Notes: a model not told the origin generated them from the letters alone. A stretch of DNA of 64,000 bases from a virus (IMGVR_UViG_3300048837_000614:1-64000); one strand, 5' to 3'. Shown: positions 47,738 to 57,067, numbered from the stretch's first letter. Numbers and translations: made by a program.

Positions 47738-47938
47738 TTATTCACCTTGATTACAGTGGTAACGAATGTTAGTTCTAACTTCGTTATATTTAGTTGAAGT
47801 AACGATTACAGAATCTCCTTCTCTTTCGTTAAGAATGATAACTGCATTATCATCTATACCTGGATAAACTTGAGAAATCTTCTCAATATTTACAAGAACT
47901 CTTTTTCCTTCTTCAACAACCTCAATGAACTTTGTCAT
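47738..47938 (-). CDS. Small FlbD-like/beta-rich protein
   Basis: FIEV..GKRVLVNIEKISQV...AVIIL...IVTSTKYNEV pattern; AGGAG RBS. Confidence 0.6.
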   Translation of the reverse strand: MTKFIEVVEEGKRVLVNIEKISQVYPGIDDNAVIILNEREGDSVIVTSTKYNEVRTNIRYHCNQGE

Positions 47939-48141
47939 TTGTTTTCTCCTGTCTTATTTGTATAACATTCTTTTTTACAGTCTGCTATCATCGCTTTAAA
48001 ATCTCTTCTTGTTAATCTTGTTTCGCCACCTGCAAAGAAACCGTTATATTGATGAACTCTATACTCTTTTTTTACGTGGTCTATCGTAAGATAATCGTTA
48101 GCACCATACATATTAGCTTTTGTTTTAAATACTTGTATCAT
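47935..48141 (-). CDS. Hypothetical protein
   Basis: 68 aa, GAGGTGG RBS, coupled. Confidence 0.7.
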   Translation of the reverse strand: MIQVFKTKANMYGANDYLTIDHVKKEYRVHQYNGFFAGGETRLTRRDFKAMIADCKKECYTNKTGENK

Positions 48142-48403
48142 CTGATTCCACCTCTTCCACTAAATCTAATTCAACTAAATCTTCAATATCTTCTGGGTTT
48201 AATTCTTCAGGTAGAGAACCATGTGCTGAATATTGAATTACTCTTTTTCCATATTCACATTCTTCCAAAGGGATTATTATTTCATATTGGCTTGTTGACT
48301 TAAGGTATTGTTCGTGGTAAAACCTTTCATCTGGCATATAGTGTTTATAACCACACTTCTTCATTTGTTTCTTTGTTGCTTTTTCTTTTAATTTGTATAT
48401 CAT
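48125..48403 (-). CDS. Hypothetical protein
   Basis: Likely start MIYKLK at 48403 behind GGGAGG. Confidence 0.65.
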   Translation of the reverse strand: MIYKLKEKATKKQMKKCGYKHYMPDERFYHEQYLKSTSQYEIIIPLEECEYGKRVIQYSAHGSLPEELNPEDIEDLVELDLVEEVESDDTSI

Positions 48404-48404
48404 A

Positions 48405-48788
48405 TTAGTCCTCCCAAGTAGTCCAATAACTATCACCATTTCCATCATCATATAATTCAAGATATTCTTCTTGAGTCATATGTCCATGTAAGCAATCATC
48501 TGAACAATAATACTCTTCTCCACTGTTGATGCAATAGCCTTCTGACATTTCTTTTCCACAATGAGAACAAATTCTTTTTTCTTCTAAATCTGTCTCAATT
48601 AATTTAATTACGTGTGAACTTCTAAATATACATGAGCAACATATGTTATTATCGTCTACCAAGTGATACAGTTTATCTTGATAAAAATAACCATTTCCTT
48701 TAACAAGAGTTCCTCTTATTTTTTCTTTATCAAAAAGCGTTATTTCTACTTTTTTTCTTAAATATTTTTCTAACAAATCTCTTTTCAT
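48405..48788 (-). CDS. LSm-like domain plus C-terminal zinc finger
   Basis: LEKYLRKKVEITLFDKEKIRGTL..IFRSSHVIKL, then CSHCGKEM.EGY..YYCSDDC. Confidence 0.6.
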   Translation of the reverse strand: MKRDLLEKYLRKKVEITLFDKEKIRGTLVKGNGYFYQDKLYHLVDDNNICCSCIFRSSHVIKLIETDLEEKRICSHCGKEMSEGYCINSGEEYYCSDDCLHGHMTQEEYLELYDDGNGDSYWTTWED

Positions 48789-48790
48789 TC

Positions 48791-48967
48791 TTATCCCTCT
48801 ATTCTTATATCGGTTATCATGTAACCTAAATATTCTAATTCATCAATTAAATCATAAAAATCGTCCGTACCGATTTCCTCAAAGACTGTAGGGTATTCTT
48901 CTTTTGTGATTGTGTTTACTATTGTGAAAAAACCCTTAACTGTTCTGTTTTTTAGAAACATTTCCAT
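48791..48967 (-). CDS. Hypothetical 58-aa protein (below ORF-track cutoff)
   Basis: Read manually: MEMFLKNRTVKGFFTIVNTITKEEYPTVFEEIGTDDFYDLIDELEYLGYMITDIRIEG*; fills the gap in the gene array. Confidence 0.6.
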   Translation of the reverse strand: MEMFLKNRTVKGFFTIVNTITKEEYPTVFEEIGTDDFYDLIDELEYLGYMITDIRIEG

Positions 48968-49286
48968 TTTTACAAATACTTTTAACTAAATGGTTATAGC
49001 GAATCGATCTTGCTTGTTTAATCATTAAGTCGAGCTTTCTCTCTATGAAGTTAAAGTTTGTGGTTCTACGGACAACTTTAGTTTTAACTTCTGAATTGTA
49101 GTGGTCGCTAATGCGATACTTTATTCTAATGTGATTATCTTGAGCCATTGTCATTACAGTCATGTAAATACTGTTAGATGAATTTGATTTAGATAATTTA
49201 AACCTCACATCATTATACTTTGGGTTATTTCTTTTTGAGTTAATTAGTCCTTCAATTCTTTTGTATAACTGTTCTTGTATAATCAT
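48936..49286 (-). CDS. Hypothetical protein (SxY...RISDH motif)
   Basis: SNSIYMTV..IKYRISDHYN; coupled ORF. Confidence 0.65.
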   Translation of the reverse strand: MIIQEQLYKRIEGLINSKRNNPKYNDVRFKLSKSNSSNSIYMTVMTMAQDNHIRIKYRISDHYNSEVKTKVVRRTTNFNFIERKLDLMIKQARSIRYNHLVKSICKNGNVSKKQNS

Positions 49287-49600
49287 ATCTTCTTCCTCAG
49301 TTCATAGTTTTTAACTTCGTTGTCCAAAACGGCTTGTATTCCATAAAACATCATATTAGGCAAGTCTTCTGAATAGATATTGTCGTTATTTGCGAATTGC
49401 CATTTATGTAGTAATGCTCTGTAATATATTTCATTTAAGTGTATTTGATAATCTTCAACTTTTTGTTTGGATAATAAAATTTCTCTTCTTTCAAATAAAA
49501 TACATTCTTGAAGTTGTTTTGTTGTTTTAATATCTGTTATAGGCATTTTTTTCTCTCTTTCCTTATACGACATATTTGTCTTACATAATATATATTTCAT
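49283..49600 (-). CDS. Hypothetical protein
   Basis: ORF downstream of a terminator; true start may be MPITD. Confidence 0.55.
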   Translation of the reverse strand: MKYILCKTNMSYKEREKKMPITDIKTTKQLQECILFERREILLSKQKVEDYQIHLNEIYYRALLHKWQFANNDNIYSEDLPNMMFYGIQAVLDNEVKNYELRKKI

Positions 49601-49611
49601 ATATATTTATT

Positions 49612-49647
49612 AAAAGGGAAATAACTTGGTAGTTATTTTCCCTTTTT
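49612..49647. terminator. Intrinsic terminator hairpin
   Basis: AAAAGGGAAATAACT-TGGT-AGTTATTTTCCCTTTT. Confidence 0.75.
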
Positions 49648-49653
49648 TAGTAA

Positions 49654-49833
49654 CTACTCTTCTTCTGTATTAACTGCTTCGTAAATCATTTCACAACAAT
49701 CTTGATAATCTTTTTCAGATGTGTTTTGACTAAGTTGCCAAAGAGCTTCAAGTGCATAACTTTTTAATTCTTCTTTTGACATATTGTGATATTCATTTGC
49801 AATATGATCGTATAATCTTTTTTTAATTTCCAC
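49654..49833 (-). CDS. Hypothetical protein
   Basis: Likely GTG start (VEIKKRLYDH) after GGAGAAGG. Confidence 0.6.
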   Translation of the reverse strand: MEIKKRLYDHIANEYHNMSKEELKSYALEALWQLSQNTSEKDYQDCCEMIYEAVNTEEE

Positions 49834-50098
49834 TTTGCACCTTCTCCATTTTTTCAAAATAATAAGTCTTATCCGATAATTTAAAATACTTTTCATTGTA
49901 GTTTCTTATAAATGTTTTAGTAATTGAAATCTTAAAATCTTTTTCTACGATTGCATTTTCAATTTCAGTATTGCAAAAGCCATAGAAACGTAAATCTCCA
50001 AACTTACCTTTTAATGGTATTTTTTTATGTAAAACCTTGTCCGAAATTTCTTTTTTTGTGAGCCATTCTCTGTTAAATTGATACCTTTTCTGTTCCAT
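49823..50098 (-). CDS. Hypothetical protein
   Basis: 91-aa coupled ORF. Confidence 0.6.
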   Translation of the reverse strand: MEQKRYQFNREWLTKKEISDKVLHKKIPLKGKFGDLRFYGFCNTEIENAIVEKDFKISITKTFIRNYNEKYFKLSDKTYYFEKMEKVQSGN

Positions 50099-50438
50099 TT
50101 TCTTCTACCATGGGTATGCTGTTTTTATACAGTCCCCAACCTTCGTTTATTTTTGTGTTGTCCATATTTAAATAATATCCTGTTTCGTCCATAAAATAGT
50201 AGTTCAAATGTTCTTCAACAAAGTCTGATTTATGCCCCCAATCTTTAGATTCTGGGTAATCAGCACACATTTCGTTTATTTTTTCTTCGCTATAATCGAA
50301 ACCTAAAATACTATAATCTTCTTTTTTAGCTCTTTCTACTGCTTTATATAGTGCTTCAATTTCTGATTCTGCTTCAACTTCAAACGGAAATAAAATATAT
50401 CCAGCACCAGGCCATAAACATACTGTGAATTTTTCCAT
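50073..50438 (-). CDS. Hypothetical protein (VEAESExEA motif)
   Basis: 121 aa, AAGGAG RBS. Confidence 0.7.
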   Translation of the reverse strand: MEKFTVCLWPGAGYILFPFEVEAESEIEALYKAVERAKKEDYSILGFDYSEEKINEMCADYPESKDWGHKSDFVEEHLNYYFMDETGYYLNMDNTKINEGWGLYKNSIPMVEENGTEKVSI

Positions 50439-50439
50439 A

Positions 50440-50673
50440 TTACCACTCCTTAAGATATTCTAATAATTCTTTTATCTTTTCTTCTTCTTGTTCAAAAAGA
50501 ATAGGCTCTTCATTTCCCATAATGAATGTTATAAACATAAAATCTTTTCCTATTTTTTCTTCCTCTATGAAGTTTGAAATTACATCTGTGTCCATTATAG
50601 TTGTACAGTTATAGACATTAAATGTCCATCTCATAGAAACTAACTGTAAAATTAACTTTTCAAATAGACTCAT
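50440..50673 (-). CDS. Hypothetical protein
   Basis: 77-aa ORF in tightly packed array. Confidence 0.65.
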   Translation of the reverse strand: MSLFEKLILQLVSMRWTFNVYNCTTIMDTDVISNFIEEEKIGKDFMFITFIMGNEEPILFEQEEEKIKELLEYLKEW

Positions 50674-51161
50674 TATTTTACTTCCTTTTCTGGATAAAAC
50701 TTATCACCACAACCGTTATTGTCCACCTCTTCCCAAAAGCCGTCTAAGACGCTTAATTTTTTGTTAAGACACTTTACTTCATACTCAACAAAACCGTTGC
50801 TATACGTGATTTTTCGTGCCTTTCCTGCTGAGTATTGGTCGTATTCGTGTGCGTAATATTCACCATTAACAAAATTTCCTTTTTTTGCTGTGACTAATTG
50901 GATGTTTCTAATTTCTTTTTCTGTTTTTTCAATAATGGGTCTTTCTTCTTTTTTAACAGCTTCCAATAACTTCTTTTCTGTTAGTATTTTTTTATAGTGT
51001 TCTAAAATTTCTTTTGGTTTAGCAGCTTGGAAAACCTTTTTAATTACTGACTCTGGGATTTCATAGAAAGCATTTGATATTATAGGTATAATTGTTTCCT
51101 TATCTTCTTGTCCTTCTTTTTTAAACTTGTAAACTTCCTCATAATAAATGTATAATTTCAT
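50673..51161 (-). CDS. Hypothetical protein
   Basis: 162 aa, GGGAG RBS. Confidence 0.7.
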   Translation of the reverse strand: MKLYIYYEEVYKFKKEGQEDKETIIPIISNAFYEIPESVIKKVFQAAKPKEILEHYKKILTEKKLLEAVKKEERPIIEKTEKEIRNIQLVTAKKGNFVNGEYYAHEYDQYSAGKARKITYSNGFVEYEVKCLNKKLSVLDGFWEEVDNNGCGDKFYPEKEVK

Positions 51162-51162
51162 T

Positions 51163-51603
51163 TTAATCTCCCCAGTTTATTGGTGGCACAGGAACATCTT
51201 CTACTCTCGCTAAATACCACTTTTCTTTTTCATAAATTAGTTTCCAAATTTGTTTGTAGTTTTGTGCGTAATATTGTAGTTGAGTTTGTTTTGGTTGATA
51301 GTTTTTAGGGAAACCTATTTCCATCTCTTTTAACTTCAACATTGATTCCACTAATGTTCCAATCAATTCAGCTTCTTCTTGCTTCTTTTTTAAATCGTCA
51401 TGTGAATAGAATACGCCGTATTGAACAACACCCATTTTTCCATTTCTTGTTTCTATCTTTAATTTCTTTGCCTCTAAGTCCATTCTTGTTGATTTTAATT
51501 CGATAAACTTTAAGTCTAATAATTCACTTAATGCCACTAAATGGTAGTAGTCAAAGTTATCTACGATTTCCTGTTTTGTTATTTCTTTTTTAACTTGATA
51601 CAT
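51163..51603 (-). CDS. Hypothetical protein
   Basis: 146 aa, GAGG RBS. Confidence 0.7.
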   Translation of the reverse strand: MYQVKKEITKQEIVDNFDYYHLVALSELLDLKFIELKSTRMDLEAKKLKIETRNGKMGVVQYGVFYSHDDLKKKQEEAELIGTLVESMLKLKEMEIGFPKNYQPKQTQLQYYAQNYKQIWKLIYEKEKWYLARVEDVPVPPINWGD

Positions 51604-51895
51604 TTAGATTCAGTCCTCTCTTTCGGTAATTTAACATTTGGTTGTTTCTTTGTTCAAAGCCCTCTATTGAAACTTTAATTGTTTCTTTTAATGTTTTCTT
51701 TGCATACGTGTATGAATACTCTTTTCCGTTTTCGTATACGAAACTAACCACACCTATATAATTAATTATGTTTCTTTTTGTCTTACTGCTTTTCATCGAA
51801 AACTTTTTGATTACAAGTTTAGCTTGATCTTTAACTTCAACTTGAGTTAAATCTTTTGGAAATCTTTTCATTTCCTTTAGTTCGTTAATTGTCAT
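51590..51895 (-). CDS. Hypothetical protein
   Basis: Likely start MTINELK at 51895 after AGGAG. Confidence 0.65.
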   Translation of the reverse strand: MTINELKEMKRFPKDLTQVEVKDQAKLVIKKFSMKSSKTKRNIINYIGVVSFVYENGKEYSYTYAKKTLKETIKVSIEGFEQRNNQMLNYRKRGLNLNVSS

Positions 51896-52202
51896 TTTCT
51901 TTCTCCTTTTGAGGTTTATATTTACTTCCGTGTGGAAATAAAAACGGTGTGTTTGATATTTTTTCAACTCCACCTAACATTAAAAACTCACCAAATTCAT
52001 TTCTTTTGTATACAAGTTCTACTGCTTCGAAATCTAAAACTTCTAAGACATATTCTGGATTTATTGTGTCTAAAATAAAACCACCTTTTGTAGATACTCT
52101 TAATTCAAATTCGTCTTTTCTTTGGTTGAAGTGTTTTACTACTGCATTTCTTTTTGTTTCTTGAAAGTGTAAACCTATTTTCACATACGTTTCATATTTC
52201 AT
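51885..52202 (-). CDS. Hypothetical protein
   Basis: 105 aa, AGGAG RBS, ATGA coupling. Confidence 0.65.
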   Translation of the reverse strand: MKYETYVKIGLHFQETKRNAVVKHFNQRKDEFELRVSTKGGFILDTINPEYVLEVLDFEAVELVYKRNEFGEFLMLGGVEKISNTPFLFPHGSKYKPQKEKENDN

Positions 52203-52720
52203 TTTTTGTTCTCCTGGTTTAAGTAGTAGTATGCGTGTCTAATTGCATCTACAATATGATTTGATATTCTTATTCCTTCAAAAAACCATTGCACTTTATC
52301 TGCTTTTGTCGTTTTAAACGTTAATCTATCTTCCGTCTTATTGACTAAACCTAACAACACGTTATTTTTCTTTAATACAGATTTAATTTGCTGTGCTTTT
52401 TGTCTTACTATTTTTTTACCTTGTTCTTCTTCGAAGTCACAAATAACACCGATCAACTCACTTGTCTCTAATTCTTGGTTAAATAATGAAGAAGCCGTAG
52501 ATTGATATAAGATAAAATTTTCAATAACTAAAACATCATGGATATATAACCTTGCTATTGATTTGTGTTTAGAGAAGTACTGTTCTCTTGTATCGAATTC
52601 TTTAGCTTTGATGTTTCCTAAACCTATGATTTTTCCTGTTTCATCATCAACTACACACCAACCCGAAGTTCCACTTCCATGTTTAAATGAACCGCTTGGA
52701 TCTATTGCTAATATTCTCAT
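52199..52720 (-). CDS. RuvC-like (RNase H fold) Holliday junction resolvase
   Basis: MRILAIDPSG..GTSGWC, LVIENF, HIVDAIRH. Confidence 0.8.
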   Translation of the reverse strand: MRILAIDPSGSFKHGSGTSGWCVVDDETGKIIGLGNIKAKEFDTREQYFSKHKSIARLYIHDVLVIENFILYQSTASSLFNQELETSELIGVICDFEEEQGKKIVRQKAQQIKSVLKKNNVLLGLVNKTEDRLTFKTTKADKVQWFFEGIRISNHIVDAIRHAYYYLNQENKK

Positions 52721-52932
52721 TCTAATTCAACTCCTAACGATTCAGCGTATTCATCTACATATTGGTCGTAGTTGTTAGTGAAAATTTCATCCTCATATTC
52801 ATCTCGTGGTCCTCGATAATCATCTAACTCTCCTATGTTTTCGCCTATTGATTGTAAGGCACTTTCCTTAATTCTATCTTCATATAGTTTTTCAAAGTCA
52901 CTTCTCTTCATTTTTTTTCTTGTATTTGACAT
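52717..52932 (-). CDS. Small acidic hypothetical protein
   Basis: 71 aa, D/E/Y-rich, coupled. Confidence 0.65.
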   Translation of the reverse strand: MSNTRKKMKRSDFEKLYEDRIKESALQSIGENIGELDDYRGPRDEYEDEIFTNNYDQYVDEYAESLGVELE

Positions 52933-53938
52933 TTGTTCTTTCCTCTTCCAATCTTTTTTCTAATTCTTTTAGTGTCTTGTGAACATCACTAATCAAAGCT
53001 ATAACGCTTTTGTTTTCTAATGCTGGTGGTTGATACCAATTTGAGTTTTCTATTACATTCCAAAGATCTAAATCGTTTTTGTGGTATTTCATGAAGAAGT
53101 CGGTTAAATCTTCCTTTTCTTCTTTTGCCACCGTTGTTAAATCTCCATCTTTTTCATTAAAAACATCTGAAACGTTTAATACTTTTATTTCTCTCGAATA
53201 CCGATATAACCATTCAGCTAAATCTAATGCGCCTTCCATACCTGCCTTATCGTTGTCGTAAGCGATATAGATTTTTTTGTCTCTAAAAAGATTTTTGTAA
53301 TAATGTGGTTTTGCTTTTTCTCCACCTAAAATTGTTACTGCATTAAAACCAAATTTTGTCGCTTGCAACATATCTTTTTCGCCTGCAGCAACTAAGATAT
53401 AATCTAAATCTTGGTTAAAAGTTTTTGTTGTTGTTATAATTCCTGTAATTGCTGATGCTGAATTTCTATACTTTGGCACTTCTCCTGGACAAAATTGACA
53501 AAGGTTAATGATTTGTCCTTTGTAAAAAGTTGGTAAGGTTAATCTATTTTGATATATACCCATTCTTGCCGTTTCAACAATACTTAGTAAGTCCAACTCT
53601 TTTAAATATTTGTAAATATTTGAATCTTCGTTTTTTAATTCTTCAATAAGTCTTTCTTGATTTTTTTTCCATTTTGTTTTACTTGGCATAAAAAGTCTTG
53701 TTTCTTTTAACATTTTATTAAATTTCTCTGCTTGTTTTAGACTGCAGTTTAAATACGCCGATGTGAACCAATCTTCATTTGTAAAACCTCTCCCACAAAC
53801 GAAACAGTTGAAGGCACCTTCTTCGTTAATACCACAAGATGGCACCTTCTCTAAATACTGTTTACCTGTTTTATTGTGTTTATGTGGAAAAGGACAAAGA
53901 TTTTGCTCACCTACTTTTAATTTTAGAGCTTTATACAT
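52898..53938 (-). CDS. DNA primase (Zn-binding + TOPRIM)
   Basis: CPFPH..PSC..FNCFVCG; VAAGEKDMLQA..GFNAV; IYIAYDNDKAG; EDLTDFF. Start ATG53938 after GGAG. Confidence 0.88.
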   Translation of the reverse strand: MYKALKLKVGEQNLCPFPHKHNKTGKQYLEKVPSCGINEEGAFNCFVCGRGFTNEDWFTSAYLNCSLKQAEKFNKMLKETRLFMPSKTKWKKNQERLIEELKNEDSNIYKYLKELDLLSIVETARMGIYQNRLTLPTFYKGQIINLCQFCPGEVPKYRNSASAITGIITTTKTFNQDLDYILVAAGEKDMLQATKFGFNAVTILGGEKAKPHYYKNLFRDKKIYIAYDNDKAGMEGALDLAEWLYRYSREIKVLNVSDVFNEKDGDLTTVAKEEKEDLTDFFMKYHKNDLDLWNVIENSNWYQPPALENKSVIALISDVHKTLKELEKRLEEERTNVKYKKKNEEK

Positions 53939-53951
53939 CGTCCTATCTCCT

Positions 53952-54605
53952 TTATTTTCCTGTGGATCCAATTCCACCGATTCTTTGTTCTGATACAGGC
54001 ACATCGTTATCTACTGTTAAGTAATTAACGAATACTGCTTGAAAAATTTTATCACCTTTTTTAACTTCGAATGGTTTATCGCTTGTGTTGTGAAGCGAAA
54101 CGTGAATTTCTCCTTCGTTTTGTGGATTGTTATAATAATCTGAATCGATAACACCTGTTCCGTTTGTTAAACGAATTCCATGTTTGATACCTAAGCTTGA
54201 ACGTGGATAACAAAGCAACACTTCGTTCTCTCTCATATAGGCTTTAATTCCCGTTCTAAAGAGTTTTTTGTCGTTTGGCATAACTACTCCATCTTCATAC
54301 GCAAAGAAGTCGTAGCCAGCCGATTTCGTTGTTCCTCGTTGTGGTAGACGTGCATCTTGACAATTCGATACTGTTTCAAAACCTCTTACCTTACCTTTTT
54401 TGTTTCTTTCTACAAATTCAAAATCTTCAATAGGGTAATCTGGTTCTCCTTCGATGTCTTTTCCTTTATAACAAATTCTTGCGTTTTTGTCATACTCCGG
54501 CATTAAATTGACATCACAATAATATAGACCTGTTACTAAATCTTGATATAACGGCCTACTCCAACTGTCTGTTTTTTCTAAACTAACTAGATATTTGATT
54601 CTCAT
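53952..54605 (-). CDS. dut: Trimeric dUTPase with extra N-terminal domain
   Basis: SAGYDF, PRSSLG, GVIDSDYY, GDKIFQAVF, RIGGIGSTG; about 70-aa N-terminal DSWSRP..EGEPD domain. Confidence 0.93.
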   Translation of the reverse strand: MRIKYLVSLEKTDSWSRPLYQDLVTGLYYCDVNLMPEYDKNARICYKGKDIEGEPDYPIEDFEFVERNKKGKVRGFETVSNCQDARLPQRGTTKSAGYDFFAYEDGVVMPNDKKLFRTGIKAYMRENEVLLCYPRSSLGIKHGIRLTNGTGVIDSDYYNNPQNEGEIHVSLHNTSDKPFEVKKGDKIFQAVFVNYLTVDNDVPVSEQRIGGIGSTGK

Positions 54606-56232
54606 GTCCTTCTCCTTTTAAATTTTGTAATTGCACAAGGTTATTATACTTTATTGAACTTGCAATCTCTTTAATTTCTTCGTAAAAATCTGTGCTTTTG
54701 TTTTGAACACCATGAATTTGATCTATGGATAATTCTTTTCCATTTAGGTTCCATGAAACAATTTCTCCATCTGTTTCTTTTTTTCCTTCAGGCACTGCAA
54801 TGTAGATTATTCTTTGTTGTTTGTATACTTTTATATGAAATTCATTTGTGACTAAACAATTTCTAAACTTAGTTGCTGTTTCTTGGAAGTCTTTGAATGT
54901 TCTTAAGGGGACAAAAGTAAAATGCCCTATTTTTAACTCTTTGAATGTGCTTGTCACTTCTTCTAAAGATTTCGCCATCTTTCTTTTTTCTGCCTTAATT
55001 TTGTTTTCTCTTCTTTTTTCTTCTGTTCTTATTGTTTGGATAATTTCAGCTTTTTTTCTTTCGAACTCTTCAATTATAGCTTCTCTTTCTTTTCTACCTT
55101 TGAAGATGTATTCATGCTGATTTAAACCTAAGAAATAACAGCAGCCTGCAAAGTGATTCAATTCTTCCCATGTTGATCCTGTGTTTAAAAGATTGATTAC
55201 TCTATATAATACTTTAGCATTTACACTTGAATAAGAGGTTTTATTTTTAACTTCACTTTCGTAATAGTATCCATCTCCTCTTTTTTTTATGACTTCTCTA
55301 TCGTATCTTTCGCTTTTAAATGTATTGGCGTGGGATATTTGGCTTCTTCCAAAGTAGCTTAAACCAAATGTATCCGTAATCATTTTGTAGTCTTTTGGGT
55401 CATTTCCAGACTTATGAATTGAAAACATCAAATCTAATTCTTCCTTTTTGATATTTTTAGGTATTGATTTTTTGTTTTTTCTTAAGAAATCATATTTCTG
55501 TTTACTTAGCGTTCTATCGACTAACTGTGTATATCCCATTTTCAACAACACTTCAGTCATCCCTGGGTCTTGATTTAATACTTTTTGAAACCAACTGTAA
55601 TCTATGTACCAATTTTTTTGGATTCGTTCTTCAGTGTTGTATTTATAATACTCATTGATTTCTAATTCTCTAAAGCTTTTGTGATATTCTTTTTTACCAC
55701 TCCAAACACTACCCGGTGTTCTTAACTTCCCTAAATCATATTGATAGATAAAACTATCGTATGTTGTTTTGTAGTTATATCCACCCATTCCTGTGTAGTT
55801 CTTCTTTTCGTTGACTAACCCTACTTTTTGTTTAAAGTCTATTGCTTCAGTCATTACGAATTGATTTCTTTCGTGTGTGAAGTTTTCTTTGTTGAAGTCT
55901 GAATGATTTCTATAATAAACAAACTCCCAATAAAGAACTGATCTATTCTTCACTTCTACATAGTTAAATGTAAAGTATCTATCCCTATATGGGTCTCTTT
56001 GTTTCTTTATGACATAATCTAAATATTGTTGTACTGTATTTTTGAATGCTTTTTGAATCAGTCTTTTTGATGGTATTAGATTTTTAGCTTCTTTTATGTT
56101 ATCACTGTAAACAAAATCAGCCATCATAAAATCTGGTATCTTAAATGGATCTTTTACATACTTTTGTGCTATCTCTAATCTTTTTTTTATTCTTTTTGTT
56201 TTTTCTTCTTTGGTTACTTTTTCTTGTTCCAT
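54583..56232 (-). CDS. PcfJ-like protein
   Basis: EVLLKMGY and C-terminal FVPLRT..DFQET...RNCLV...Q..GVQN domain pattern; PcfK-like gene in the same arm. Confidence 0.6.
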   Translation of the reverse strand: MEQEKVTKEEKTKRIKKRLEIAQKYVKDPFKIPDFMMADFVYSDNIKEAKNLIPSKRLIQKAFKNTVQQYLDYVIKKQRDPYRDRYFTFNYVEVKNRSVLYWEFVYYRNHSDFNKENFTHERNQFVMTEAIDFKQKVGLVNEKKNYTGMGGYNYKTTYDSFIYQYDLGKLRTPGSVWSGKKEYHKSFRELEINEYYKYNTEERIQKNWYIDYSWFQKVLNQDPGMTEVLLKMGYTQLVDRTLSKQKYDFLRKNKKSIPKNIKKEELDLMFSIHKSGNDPKDYKMITDTFGLSYFGRSQISHANTFKSERYDREVIKKRGDGYYYESEVKNKTSYSSVNAKVLYRVINLLNTGSTWEELNHFAGCCYFLGLNQHEYIFKGRKEREAIIEEFERKKAEIIQTIRTEEKRRENKIKAEKRKMAKSLEEVTSTFKELKIGHFTFVPLRTFKDFQETATKFRNCLVTNEFHIKVYKQQRIIYIAVPEGKKETDGEIVSWNLNGKELSIDQIHGVQNKSTDFYEEIKEIASSIKYNNLVQLQNLKGEGHENQISS

Positions 56233-56242
56233 GTTTTCTCCT

Positions 56243-57067
56243 TTACTTGAACTGAAATGTTTTTGATTGTTTAACCTTAACTTTCATTTTTATAGATTCA
56301 TTTTTTTCTAAGTAGTTTTTTATTTTTTCTATGTGTGTTAAGTGGTCTTTGTGTACTTCACAAATGATTTCATCGTGAATAAATGCGTGTAGTGCAAATT
56401 TTTCTCCACTTTTTTCATGTAGTCTGATGAGCTTTTTTTTCATAAAATCAGCTTCTAAACGTTGTGCTATGTGACTTAATTTTACATTATTTTCGTAATC
56501 ATTGATATCTACTTCGAACCAATCTTGATAAACTTTTGTTGCTTTTGATATTTCTTTTTCGTCTAATTCTAAGACAAAATTTCTTTCTAATGTTCTTTTT
56601 GTTCCACCAAAACTTAATGGTAACATGATATCTTTACATAATTGTCTGTTGTGAATGCCTGTTTCTTTTGCAAATTCTGTGTAAATATCTAAGTCTTTTT
56701 CAAATATTTCTTTCACTTTTTTTAGGTTTTTATATGCTGCTAAATGCCTCATTTGACTTCCTGAAAAATCAAAACTAACAAAAATATAGTCTTCTCTTGG
56801 GATTATTAATTCTTTTATGTACTTGTCTAAAATGGGTTTGTTAGGCAATAATACATACTTCGCAAATATTCTTCCTGTCTTATAAGTTGTTAAATCATGT
56901 TCAAAAAACAAAGGTTGTTTAAACATAAATTTGTATCTTTTAACACTTCTTATATCTTCCATTTCTTTGGCGTTTTCATCCAAATACTTCTTAATTCGTT
57001 GCCAATCACTTCTCAGATACCATTCCTTTTTGGATAGGTACTCTAATACTTTTTCGATTTTTGTCAT
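56243..57067 (-). CDS. Minimal family A DNA polymerase (palm/fingers only)
   Basis: TGRI, motif A FVSFDFSGSQMRHLA, DIYT, motif B RQLCKDIMLPLSFGG, Q..EADFMK, motif C FIHDEII; only 274 aa. Confidence 0.8.
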   Translation of the reverse strand: MTKIEKVLEYLSKKEWYLRSDWQRIKKYLDENAKEMEDIRSVKRYKFMFKQPLFFEHDLTTYKTGRIFAKYVLLPNKPILDKYIKELIIPREDYIFVSFDFSGSQMRHLAAYKNLKKVKEIFEKDLDIYTEFAKETGIHNRQLCKDIMLPLSFGGTKRTLERNFVLELDEKEISKATKVYQDWFEVDINDYENNVKLSHIAQRLEADFMKKKLIRLHEKSGEKFALHAFIHDEIICEVHKDHLTHIEKIKNYLEKNESIKMKVKVKQSKTFQFK

